Virus record (IMG/VR): IMGVR_UViG_3300043777_000227
Coordinates: 1-52,890 of that record
Source of the DNA: a virus
Lineage: Duplodnaviria > Caudoviricetes
DNA: 52,890 bases
Direction: 5' to 3' (one strand)
Shown: piece after piece, positions 36,375-45,010 of the stretch
How the letters are laid out: each line of letters begins with the position of its first letter
Position numbering within the stretch: position 1 is the stretch's first letter
The notes under the pieces: model-generated
Told to the model about the DNA's origin: nothing
Database searches by the model: none
The model's input: only the letters and a program-made list of their open reading frames with translations
Position numbers and translations under genes: made by a program

Positions 36375-37460
36375 ATGTGCGGCATCGGAGGAATAGTTCG
36401 CTACGGTGAACGGCCCATTCTACCCTGGCAGGTGGAGATGCTAGCCTGTTCGCTGGAGTATCGAGGTAACGACGCTACAGGCCTGGTTGTGCAATTCCAG
36501 GATGGCAGTTTGGAGCTACTTAAGAACCATGAGCCAGCCTGGCAGTTTATGTCAGCCAAGGACACCCAGGAGTGGCTAGCCAAGCAGCTGGACCGGCCAG
36601 AGCACAAGCTGGTGCTGGTCCACACCCGCAAGATGACCAAAGGCAGCCAGTACCAGAACAAGAATAACCACCCGATGTTTGATGGCCAAGCCGCCATCAT
36701 CCACAATGGGGTGATCTCCAATGACGACGACCTATTCAAGTCCCTCCAATTGGAACGGGCTGCCGAGACCGATTCGGACATCATCCGCGCCATTGTGGAC
36801 AAGTGGGGTTTGGATCGCAAGCTAGTAGGCCGGGACGGCAAGTTAACCAAGCTAATTGGCTCAGTGGCCTCAGCAGCAATCCACCCTGGCTACCCACAGA
36901 AGTTGCTCTTGCTGCGGAGCAACAACCCGCTCTACATCGGCACCAACAAAGAGCACATGGCGTTTGCCAGTTGCAAGCGCAGCTGCTTCCTGGTGCTAGG
37001 CAATTGGGTTAAGCGTTTTGGCATTGAGCAGCGAGTCCACGACAACGACCTGGCGTTCATTTCCATGCCTAACCATACTGGCTGGCTGTTGGACCTCTCC
37101 AAGAAGGAGCTGGCTTGGCACGATGAATTCACCGCCTCGCACTACGAGCGCAAGATAGTCTACAACGTCCACAATCCCGATTGGAAGCGCCGCAAGGAAG
37201 AAGCCGAGCGGGCCTTCGACCGAGCACAAAAGCTAGCCGAAGAAGAACGCAAGAAGGAGCCGCCCACCCGCCCTTTAGTCCAGCGTCGTCCGGACTATGT
37301 AGTGTGCCAGGGCGAACTGTCCGGCAAACGCTGTACGACTATTTGCGATCTGCGGGCTCAATCTGTGGAGAAGCCGATATGGAAGATGGCTTGTCCAGAT
37401 TGTGGGACTAACCTGGTGAATATGCCTGCGTGCAATTCCCAAGGCGAGATTATCCAGTAA
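36375..37460 (+). CDS. Class II (Ntn) glutamine amidotransferase with C-terminal Zn ribbon
   Basis: N-terminal MCGIGG, RGNDATG, HTRK.TKG, NNHP, HNGVISN, ETDSD; C-terminal C...C...CPDC. Confidence 0.92.
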   Translation: MCGIGGIVRYGERPILPWQVEMLACSLEYRGNDATGLVVQFQDGSLELLKNHEPAWQFMSAKDTQEWLAKQLDRPEHKLVLVHTRKMTKGSQYQNKNNHPMFDGQAAIIHNGVISNDDDLFKSLQLERAAETDSDIIRAIVDKWGLDRKLVGRDGKLTKLIGSVASAAIHPGYPQKLLLLRSNNPLYIGTNKEHMAFASCKRSCFLVLGNWVKRFGIEQRVHDNDLAFISMPNHTGWLLDLSKKELAWHDEFTASHYERKIVYNVHNPDWKRRKEEAERAFDRAQKLAEEERKKEPPTRPLVQRRPDYVVCQGELSGKRCTTICDLRAQSVEKPIWKMACPDCGTNLVNMPACNSQGEIIQ

Positions 37461-37475
37461 TTTCTAGGAGGCCAA

Positions 37476-38306
37476 GTGCCAAATTATATTATCCGTCGGT
37501 TGAAGCTAGGCCGCCGGAGCTGTAAAGGAATTCGCATCGCCAGTCGCCATCTTCGCCGCTCAATCCGCCATGATCGGGGAGTGCCTCAGGATGCTGAGTG
37601 GGTCTTTCGCTGGGGCTGCACGGCCCGCATACCCCACGACCGGGTGGTAAACTCCCCGGAGGCTATCAACTGCGTCAACAACAAAGCCGGTTTCCGCGAG
37701 AAACTCCAAGAAGCCGGACTATGCCCACAGACTTGGTTTAATTATGTGGATGTTACATTCCCCTGCATCGTGCGTCCTATGTTTCATGCCCAGGGCAAGA
37801 AGCTCTGGAAGTGTGACAACATCCAGCAATTAGCTCTGGCCGCAGATCGCGCAGGCCAAGGTTGGTACGCCAGCCAGTTGATTAATAAGACCGCCGAGTA
37901 CCGCGTCCTGGTCGCTCAGGGTCGAGCTGTTTGGGTGGTCAAGAAGATTCCAGCTAACCCTCAGGCTATCGCCTGGAATGTGAACCAAGGCGGTCGCTTT
38001 GAGAATATCTCCTGGGACAATTGGCCGCTCAAGGTGGTCAAGACCGCCATCCAAGCTTGGAAGCTTAGCGGCCTGGATTTCGGCGGGGTGGACATTATGG
38101 AGGACGCCGACGGCAAATGCTATGTGCTGGAAATCAACTCAGCGCCTAGCCAGACCTCGCCCTACCGCCAGCAATGTATGGCTAAGGTGTTTGATTGGAT
38201 TGTTGAGCACAACTCCTGCAAGGAAATCCCCTTGCCTGAGGAAAAGGGTGGCTATAGGAAATTTATCCACCCAGCAATCTCCCAGGATGCTCGACTAGGA
38301 GCCTAG
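37476..38306 (+). CDS. ATP-grasp ligase (RimK/phiEco32-like)
   Basis: RWG, VVNS..AI....NK, PQTW, FPCIVRP, EYRV, GLDFGGVDI, YVLEINSAPS. Confidence 0.9.
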   Translation: MPNYIIRRLKLGRRSCKGIRIASRHLRRSIRHDRGVPQDAEWVFRWGCTARIPHDRVVNSPEAINCVNNKAGFREKLQEAGLCPQTWFNYVDVTFPCIVRPMFHAQGKKLWKCDNIQQLALAADRAGQGWYASQLINKTAEYRVLVAQGRAVWVVKKIPANPQAIAWNVNQGGRFENISWDNWPLKVVKTAIQAWKLSGLDFGGVDIMEDADGKCYVLEINSAPSQTSPYRQQCMAKVFDWIVEHNSCKEIPLPEEKGGYRKFIHPAISQDARLGA

Positions 38307-38307
38307 C

Positions 38308-38511
38308 ATGGCCCAAGCACCTCTGTGTTTCATATGTGGTGGGCGAACGGGCAATCGCGCCATCATAACCAACATGCGAACCCGCCGGGGCTTCTGCCGG
38401 AAGTGTAACGAAATGCCTGGATTCTGGCGCATGTTCTGGGACTCGCGTTCAGAAGTTAAACCAGCTGTAGACGACCCTCTAGGAAAGGAGCCAGAAAACC
38501 TTGCCAAGTAG
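38308..38511 (+). CDS. Small Zn-finger protein
   Basis: CFIC...CRKC, AGGAG RBS. Confidence 0.55.
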   Translation: MAQAPLCFICGGRTGNRAIITNMRTRRGFCRKCNEMPGFWRMFWDSRSEVKPAVDDPLGKEPENLAK

Positions 38512-39085
38512 AATTCGTGTGATGTACGCCACCCGAGACGGGGCGACTTTGTACGGCAAGAAGGTACTAACCGAGTTCTTGAAGTGGGCAGCGACCAATC
38601 CGGCTACGGCCAAGTATGTTGCTGCACCCGGCTGGAAAACTCTGCCCCTCTGGAAGCGCCTGCAAACCCTCCAGAAGCTTGGCAACTGGACCGGCAAGCT
38701 GACCATTTGGCGAGAGCGCCGAGGCGTCCACGCCAAGGAGAGCCATGCCATAGCCACCTGCAAGATACGTGGCCTGCGGCGGAAGCGTGCTAAGGAAGCC
38801 CAGCCAGTCAATCCCTGGGGCCAGTATATGGTCAACTGGCAATGGAACCGAGACGCGCTAGACAGCTCAGAGGGATTTCGCATTATTTTGCAACGTGCCA
38901 TCCTCGCTGGGGACCAGTTCGCTGAAGTTGGCGGGGTTCCTTACAAAATAAACCGCTATGTTACCATCCTAAAGCCAGTAGCCGGGCGTGCAGGCTACAA
39001 GAAATTCCGCATGCCTCAAATGGAATATCGCGTAGCGGGTGAGGCTCCTGCGCCTGGCCATCCCCAGGTAGGAATCTGGCGCTAG
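38501..39085 (+). CDS. Basic hypothetical protein
   Basis: 194 aa, AAGGAG RBS. Confidence 0.6.
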   Translation: MPSRIRVMYATRDGATLYGKKVLTEFLKWAATNPATAKYVAAPGWKTLPLWKRLQTLQKLGNWTGKLTIWRERRGVHAKESHAIATCKIRGLRRKRAKEAQPVNPWGQYMVNWQWNRDALDSSEGFRIILQRAILAGDQFAEVGGVPYKINRYVTILKPVAGRAGYKKFRMPQMEYRVAGEAPAPGHPQVGIWR

Positions 39086-39086
39086 G

Positions 39087-39302
39087 ATGCTTGGAACCAG
39101 CTACATGGCCACTTTGCACGCTCCAGGTGGCCCTCTGCGCCATCGCTGTCTATTACACGACGCCATCTCACCGGGCAAGGGGCTAGTATTGGTGCAGGAT
39201 GGCGACCACACCTACTGGTCTTGCGAGAAGTGCTTGAATAAGCTACTGGCTTGGCACTGTAAGCCAGCTATAGTTACTGAGGGGGCTCATGGAGAAACCT
39301 GA
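39087..39302 (+). CDS. Small hypothetical protein
   Basis: 71 aa, CLLH...CEKC. Confidence 0.5.
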   Translation: MLGTSYMATLHAPGGPLRHRCLLHDAISPGKGLVLVQDGDHTYWSCEKCLNKLLAWHCKPAIVTEGAHGET

Positions 39303-39876
39303 TTACCAACTGGACGAGGACGCCTACTGGCTATGGGCCAAGGCTAGTGGCTTCGAAAGGGACAGAGCCGCTGAGGCGCTATACCCGGTGCTCCTGCGCT
39401 ATGCCCGGAGCATCCTCTGGCGCCGACTGGACTGGCGAGAGCGCCACGCCGTCTATGAGCTAGCCGACCAAGCAGTAGCGCTAGCCATGACCTCGAAAAC
39501 TTACCTCGGCCAGAGCAAGTTTACTACCTGGTTCTTTAGTGTCGTGGACAACCTGGCTAAGCGCTGGCTAGACAGGGAGAAGCGCCATCTCCGCCAGCAA
39601 GTTGACGCCGAGATAGGTGAAATGTCCGCTCCAGATAATCCCCTGGACGCCCGCATCATGGTAGACCAGCTTCGCTCCCGATTAGAACCCCTCGACCAGG
39701 AGGTGTTCGATTTCAAATTGCTAGGTACTCAATTTCTGCCAGAGGACGGCGAAGCGAGCCGCCAGTTTTGCCAAGAACGCTCCTGGCGTTATATAGACTC
39801 CTCGAACAACGAACTGGAGAACCGATGGAAGCAGCTAAAGAAGCGCATCCGCGAACAGCATTTGGCCGCGAGCTAG
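39289..39876 (+). CDS. ECF-type sigma-70 factor (region 2 clear, region 4 divergent)
   Basis: AAEALYPVLLRYARS...ELADQA...YLGQSKFTTWFFSVVDNLAKRWLDREKR (ECF region 2); LRSRLEPLDQEVF region-4 entry. Confidence 0.75.
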   Translation: MEKPDYQLDEDAYWLWAKASGFERDRAAEALYPVLLRYARSILWRRLDWRERHAVYELADQAVALAMTSKTYLGQSKFTTWFFSVVDNLAKRWLDREKRHLRQQVDAEIGEMSAPDNPLDARIMVDQLRSRLEPLDQEVFDFKLLGTQFLPEDGEASRQFCQERSWRYIDSSNNELENRWKQLKKRIREQHLAAS

Positions 39877-40079
39877 TTCGCTATGCCTCCGATGTGCAGG
39901 ACCTGGCGGAAATGTCCGAAGCGCTCCGAGCTAATTTAATTAGCCAAGCCCGCTTTGCCCAACTACTCCGCCAGCAAGGCGTCCAAGCAAAGCTGGCCGC
40001 TAACTTGCTGCACTCGGTGGTGGCCTGCTTGCAGAAGGCGCAGGAGCAATTGGAATTTTTGGGGTATACGGATGGTTAA
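39768..40079 (+). CDS. Hypothetical helical protein (start probably downstream of 39768)
   Basis: Fills the gap between the sigma gene and ligase 3. Confidence 0.45.
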   Translation: MPRTLLALYRLLEQRTGEPMEAAKEAHPRTAFGRELVRYASDVQDLAEMSEALRANLISQARFAQLLRQQGVQAKLAANLLHSVVACLQKAQEQLEFLGYTDG

Positions 40080-41184
40080 TTACTATTATGAAGGACAGCT
40101 TGGCAACGGTGTGTACTCAACGACTGGTGGACTTCTGGGCAACTACCCTCAACCCGCTGCCCCAGCCGCTCCAGAGCCACAATTCTGGGACGAGCCAGTG
40201 CCCGGCCAGCCGCCCATCCGGCACCTTCTAGAGCCAGGCCAGCCTCCACCTACAGAGAGAGAACTCACTGACCTACAAAGACTTCAAGTAGACCGCCCGG
40301 AATACGGTTTGCAGTGGTATGGACCAGGCGCTAGGTATTTATATTATATAGCCAGACAAGCACCACCGTCGGAGCCGATTCCCCAAGAAGTAGACGAGGA
40401 CGCTAGCGAAATGACTACCCGATTGAAATTGCTAAATCCCTTCAAGATAGGCGCCGATCCAGAATTCGTCGCCTTGAACCCCGATGGATCGCTGTGTATG
40501 ACTGGATTGCCGCACGATGGGCCAGTAGGCCACGACCACGGCGGCAGAGTGCTAGAGCTGCGGCCTGGCCCTAGCCGCTGGGCGCTGAGGGTGGTGCGCA
40601 ACATGCAAACCCTCCTGCACTCCAAGCCCCTAGCTAAGTTCTCCGACAAGCGATGGCGTGCTGGTGGTATGGCCAAGCATGGCCAACAGGTTGAGCCGCT
40701 AGGCGGGCATATACACTTCGATGTGCCAGCGTATAACAACATCGGTGTGTTCAGTCCAGCCGCACTTGCTGTGGTCAAGGCTTGCGACCAGCTAACCCGC
40801 TGCTTTGAATCGCTGGAGATATTACATAGCCAAGAGGCCAATGCTCGCCGACATGGCCAGCACGGCTACGGTCGCCTAGGCGACGTTAGAGACTGCGATG
40901 GCCGGTTGGAGTACCGCACACCAATCTCCTGGCTCTACAGCCCGCAGGTGGCCTATTGGGTGCTGACTGGCTACAAGCTGGCCGCTGCCGCGCCAGAAAG
41001 CACCCGAGACCTACAGCCCGCTAATGGCAGCTGGGCAGCTCTGAAGGATTGGTACCAGCAATTTTCTGGCAAGGACATTGACGCCGAAAGGGCGTTGGAA
41101 AAGCTTGCGGCTAGGGGGTTGAAAGCTGTGCAAGGCGATCCCGAAGCCGACATCAAGGAGACATGGAGAGAACTTGCTTTATGA
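40072..41184 (+). CDS. COOH-NH2 ligase type 2, copy 3 (Pro/Gln/Tyr-rich N-terminal extension; alternative start 40411)
   Basis: IGADPEFV, GHDHGGRVLELRPGPS, LGGHIHFD, GYGRLGDVR...LEYRTPISWL.SP. Confidence 0.88.
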   Translation: MVNYYYEGQLGNGVYSTTGGLLGNYPQPAAPAAPEPQFWDEPVPGQPPIRHLLEPGQPPPTERELTDLQRLQVDRPEYGLQWYGPGARYLYYIARQAPPSEPIPQEVDEDASEMTTRLKLLNPFKIGADPEFVALNPDGSLCMTGLPHDGPVGHDHGGRVLELRPGPSRWALRVVRNMQTLLHSKPLAKFSDKRWRAGGMAKHGQQVEPLGGHIHFDVPAYNNIGVFSPAALAVVKACDQLTRCFESLEILHSQEANARRHGQHGYGRLGDVRDCDGRLEYRTPISWLYSPQVAYWVLTGYKLAAAAPESTRDLQPANGSWAALKDWYQQFSGKDIDAERALEKLAARGLKAVQGDPEADIKETWRELAL

Positions 41185-41735
41185 ACCTAACGCAGCAATT
41201 TCCCGAGCTAACCGAACTAGACGGGTTGTACAATTTGACTCAAGAATCCATTAAAACAGATGTGGCCAAGGTCAAGACGCCCTTTGCGTTCGCTACCGCC
41301 CCATTCCGCGAAGGCGCTGACCATTACGGCTATGACAAGGCCGCCAAGCAGCTGGCCAAAGCTGGCTGGGAATGCCTGGGCAACCGCTATAATGCCCTGC
41401 ACGGGCCGAACTATATCTCCTTGTGGTGGCTCAAGTTGAATCACAAGCCCCAGGACATGGCCGCTATAGGCCCCTACGCTGGCTGCTATTATCAAGACGG
41501 CCCAAAGAAAAATTTCCCCAAAGGCTATCGCTACGCCCAAGCGTGCTGTGGATTGCACCTAGGCTCGCCAACCGCCAAGGAGTTGCCTGCTTGGAAAGCT
41601 AGCCAGTTCCTCCAGCTAATTAGAATGGAAGGCGGCTCGGTTGCTGGCTACACCTGCGTTGCTGCTATAGGCAAAGTTTCCTACTGGACCAACTCGAACC
41701 AAGGCAATTTCTCCAAGCGCTGCATCTGCCAATGA
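41181..41735 (+). CDS. Hypothetical protein
   Basis: ATGA coupling to the ligase 3 stop. Confidence 0.65.
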   Translation: MNLTQQFPELTELDGLYNLTQESIKTDVAKVKTPFAFATAPFREGADHYGYDKAAKQLAKAGWECLGNRYNALHGPNYISLWWLKLNHKPQDMAAIGPYAGCYYQDGPKKNFPKGYRYAQACCGLHLGSPTAKELPAWKASQFLQLIRMEGGSVAGYTCVAAIGKVSYWTNSNQGNFSKRCICQ

Positions 41736-41917
41736 TCGTCAAGGAATTTATTGCTAAGCTAAAGAAGCAGCCTCAAGACGCAGAGGTTGTCCAACAAGAG
41801 GCCGAGATGGGCTTCTACAGTGCTGCCGATGTATACCCAGCTAGAGAGTTTCGCGACTATGATGACTGGGTATCTTTAGAAGATGCTCCCCGCCCCAAGA
41901 TAGTCGTAGTAATCTAA
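41732..41917 (+). CDS. Small phage hypothetical protein
   Basis: MIVKEFIAKLKKQPQDAEVV pattern. Confidence 0.6.
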   Translation: MIVKEFIAKLKKQPQDAEVVQQEAEMGFYSAADVYPAREFRDYDDWVSLEDAPRPKIVVVI

Positions 41918-41939
41918 CCCGTAGTTCCCCAGGAGACCT

Positions 41940-42212
41940 ATGAAACCTCAGCTCAAGCTAAAGCCAGGTACGCCAGTAAAATTGCTCTGGGTAGATAGCA
42001 CCTCTCGCCACGGCTGGAAGTATCCCCGTACGAACCAGCAGTGGGACCCCGACCCGGTAATAATCCCTACCATCGGCTTTGTTGTAGGCGTCAACAAAGC
42101 GGCCCTGGCTGTATCCCACAGCTTCGACCCGGTGGATAAGTCGTTTCTTGATCCCATAGACATCCCCTGGGGCTGCATCCAGAAGCTAGCGAAGTTGCGC
42201 CATGGCCGATAA
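41940..42212 (+). CDS. Conserved small phage protein
   Basis: WVDS...GW...TIGFVV...IPWGCI pattern; AGGAG RBS. Confidence 0.65.
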   Translation: MKPQLKLKPGTPVKLLWVDSTSRHGWKYPRTNQQWDPDPVIIPTIGFVVGVNKAALAVSHSFDPVDKSFLDPIDIPWGCIQKLAKLRHGR

Positions 42213-42290
42213 CTCGGCTGCTTGGGATGCTGGGCTAATCACCTTGGCGCTAGTCCTCTTTGTGGCCATCTGGTTCCTAAGGAGCTGCTA

Positions 42291-43070
42291 ATGGAAATTG
42301 ACAACTCAGCCAGCCAAGCCTGGTGGTTTTGCCCGCTAGCCTACTTCGAGCGCTATCAGGATGGCCAGTCAGCCAGCGCAGTAGACGCCCCAGACAGGGA
42401 CTTTGGGAGTCGAATGCATGAACTCCTAGACAGCCATTACCTCTCCAAGCCAGAGCCCGCCAGTAAGTACCCTGGCGTGGAAGATGAGGCGCAGGCGACC
42501 TTCGCCGCCTACCTCGGCCACTACCCCCAGGAGGACTGGGAAGTGGTGGAAGGTGAGCGGGTCTACCGGCAAGTCATTCCCGGCACTAGCCATCTGGCTG
42601 TAGCCAAGATAGACCTGCTGGTGAGAACTAGCTCCGGGCTGTGGATACTTGACCATAAGACCGAGCGCCGAGGCTCTAGCAGCAACTCCCAGGAGAGCTG
42701 GGCCAGCCGCCCCCAAGTCAGCATCTATGAATGGATGATCGCTCAAGTCTATGGCGAGGACCCAGCTGGTATAATCATTAATAAGATCACTCGCCAGTCT
42801 GAGAAGGGCCGCACCTCTCCCAGCTTCGAGCGCTTCGTGACGCATCGGACCAAGGCTCAGCGGGCTGAGGCGATGGAGTTCCTAGCCAGGACTGCTGATC
42901 TAATCACCGAGGCTAAGATGGCTGATCGCTGGCCAGCCAACCGGCACAACTGTATGCAGGGCTGGAAGAAATGCGATTACTTCCAAGCACACCTAACCGG
43001 CTGGACGGACGCTTTGCGAGCCAAATTTCGCGCTAAGGAGGACTACCTTGCTGCGGGAGGGAAGAAATGA
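42291..43070 (+). CDS. PD-(D/E)XK (RecB/Cas4-like) exonuclease
   Basis: CP, FGSRMHELL, E....AKIDLL...ILDHKT, QVSIY, C-terminal C...C; AAGGAG RBS. Confidence 0.8.
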   Translation: MEIDNSASQAWWFCPLAYFERYQDGQSASAVDAPDRDFGSRMHELLDSHYLSKPEPASKYPGVEDEAQATFAAYLGHYPQEDWEVVEGERVYRQVIPGTSHLAVAKIDLLVRTSSGLWILDHKTERRGSSSNSQESWASRPQVSIYEWMIAQVYGEDPAGIIINKITRQSEKGRTSPSFERFVTHRTKAQRAEAMEFLARTADLITEAKMADRWPANRHNCMQGWKKCDYFQAHLTGWTDALRAKFRAKEDYLAAGGKK

Positions 43071-43256
43071 TCCCGAAAAGCCAGCTGGTCCTGCGCGTAA
43101 GCGCGCTGAGAAGCGCGTCCGATGCTAGTTTGCTATGGGCGCTAAGCCGTTTGCGCTCAGAACTTTGGCGTAGGGGCAAGCTTTTATTTGACGGAGATTA
43201 CCAGCCTACGCGCTTTTCGGCTCCTATTGCACCGAATCCCCAAGCGAGCAAACCAG

Positions 43257-43463
43257 ATGGATGACCTTAGAGCCAAGCTACAAGCCATGGAACGCGCTTT
43301 GGTAGAGCCCTCCCTAGGCGAACGCGAATGTTTCCTTTGCAACAAGGGATTCTACCGGGCTGTCAATGGCAAAGCCCGCGAGTGTCCGATGTGTACCTCA
43401 GGAGTCCTACCCCCTTTCAAGGAGACCTACAATGAGTCCGAATGGTCCAGCTGGCTTTGCTGA
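43257..43463 (+). CDS. Small Zn-finger protein
   Basis: CFLCNKG...CPMCTSG. Confidence 0.5.
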   Translation: MDDLRAKLQAMERALVEPSLGERECFLCNKGFYRAVNGKARECPMCTSGVLPPFKETYNESEWSSWLC

Positions 43464-43662
43464 GCGCCAGAACTTCATAGTTGAAGTGCTGGTTACCGAG
43501 CTGCGCAAGTACCGCGTAGACGCTCGCTCGACCGAAGAGGCTGAGCAGTCAGTGGAGAGCCAGGTTGGCGAGTCTGGGTCAGACCTCTACGACGAACCGC
43601 TTAGCTACGATGCCGAAGTAGTGGATGTGGAAGTGGATAGTTCCTACCCCGAGGAGTCCTAA
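43432..43662 (+). CDS. Small acidic hypothetical protein
   Basis: AAGGAG RBS; YRVDARSTEEAEQ motif, Asp/Glu-rich. Confidence 0.6.
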   Translation: MSPNGPAGFAERQNFIVEVLVTELRKYRVDARSTEEAEQSVESQVGESGSDLYDEPLSYDAEVVDVEVDSSYPEES

Positions 43663-44483
43663 TGTCCCTAGTCGTGAAGAATTCCAAAGCCCTAGTCACG
43701 GAGAATATGAAGTGGAAAATTTTGTTAGTTGGGCCGGCTGGCGCTGGCAAGACTTCCTGGATCAGTACCGCGCCAAACGTAGGCGTCGCCGCTTGCGAAT
43801 CTGGCCATGGCTCTGGCCTGCTGAGCATTGCCCAATCTGGCCTAGACTATGTGGAGCCTCGCTCAAAGGCTGAGTTCGAATCCTTCTGCACTGGCCAGGT
43901 GTTCAAGGACAAGTCCACTCTGGCAATTGACAGCCTTACCGCCATGACACGCACCTTCATCAAGGACCATGCGCTAGGTTTTGCGCGCAATCGTGGCAAC
44001 TCCGAGAAGCGAGCAGCCGGTGTGCCCGAGCTGGATGACTACCAGATTATGGCGGAGGTTACCCGTGGACTTATATCCAAAATTCTTGACCTCGACAAAC
44101 ACATCATCATCACCTGCGGAGTCAAAGCCCTCAAAGACGCTGACGGAGGAATTCGAGGCCTTGCTCCTGATCTTCCTGGAGCAATGGCTGACGCAGCACC
44201 AGGAATGCTGGACTTCGTTTTGTACGTTAAGTCCCGGAAAGTACTACGTGACCCTAGAGACAAGTCCTCCGAGTATACCCAACGTTACCTCATATCGGAG
44301 AATGATGGCTACCACACTGGAGCCAAAGCCCGTAGCTCCCTCAACGGAAAATCCCTCCTCGACCGAGAAGAAATCTATGACCTTCAGACTGGCGCCGGGT
44401 GCTTCCCAGCGCTCTTCAACAAGATTGTAAACGCCTACCTGGCGTCCAATGGCACGACTGCCGCCTCAGCGCAGTCCAATTAA
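43662..44483 (+). CDS. AAA_24 / Sak4-like recombination ATPase
   Basis: ILLVGPAGAGKT, LAIDSLT, DDY, PDLPG, AKAR; lies between the exonuclease and SSB. Confidence 0.8.
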   Translation: MSLVVKNSKALVTENMKWKILLVGPAGAGKTSWISTAPNVGVAACESGHGSGLLSIAQSGLDYVEPRSKAEFESFCTGQVFKDKSTLAIDSLTAMTRTFIKDHALGFARNRGNSEKRAAGVPELDDYQIMAEVTRGLISKILDLDKHIIITCGVKALKDADGGIRGLAPDLPGAMADAAPGMLDFVLYVKSRKVLRDPRDKSSEYTQRYLISENDGYHTGAKARSSLNGKSLLDREEIYDLQTGAGCFPALFNKIVNAYLASNGTTAASAQSN

Positions 44484-44506
44484 CGACGAAAGTCCACAGG
44501 AGACCT

Positions 44507-44950
44507 ATGAGTCAAGGATGGGAAAACGTAAAAGTTGCAGAGATCGCCGAGACCACTGGGGGATATGCGCCGCTACCCGCAGGCGAACACACCTTCAAAT
44601 TGCTTGGCGCTAAGATGGACAAATACCGGCCCGATAATCTCGCGCTGGATTTGGTGATTGATGAAGGTGCTGGCAAGGGCCGCAGGGTGTTCCCTACGCT
44701 TCCTCCGCCAGCAAACAACGAAGCATGGCCTGCCCAGGCTATTGCTAAGTTGGGGGGTGTCTTGGGTGTTCAGGCTCAGCCTGGCGAAACGCCGGTTGAC
44801 TTCCTGAACAGAGTTGCCGCCAATGGCAACGCACGCTTTAAGGCTACCACCGGGATCAAGGAATATACTAAGCGCGATGGGACCACAGGCTCTGATGTGG
44901 CCTTTCAATGGTTTAGTATACTGCCAGTTGCCGGTTCCGTCGGAGCCTAG
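44507..44950 (+). CDS. Single-stranded DNA-binding protein (DUF669-like)
   Basis: YAPLPAGEH...GAGKGRRVF...EYTKRDG; AGGAG RBS; follows the Sak4-like gene. Confidence 0.7.
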   Translation: MSQGWENVKVAEIAETTGGYAPLPAGEHTFKLLGAKMDKYRPDNLALDLVIDEGAGKGRRVFPTLPPPANNEAWPAQAIAKLGGVLGVQAQPGETPVDFLNRVAANGNARFKATTGIKEYTKRDGTTGSDVAFQWFSILPVAGSVGA

Positions 44951-44955
44951 TAAAC

Positions 44956-44979
44956 TTGGGGCCGCTAACCCGGCCCCAA
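44956..44979 (+). terminator. GC-rich hairpin after SSB (terminator or processing site)
   Basis: TTGGGGCCG-ctaacc-CGGCCCCAA perfect 9-bp stem with no strong U-tract. Confidence 0.45.
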
Positions 44980-45010
44980 CCCTTCCTGGAGTAAATCCCT
45001 GCCAATTAAA

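Noticed and set aside
42291-43070. Cas4 as part of a CRISPR-Cas system
   Set aside because: There are no other cas genes or array; the context (Sak4-like ATPase, SSB) indicates a phage recombination exonuclease.
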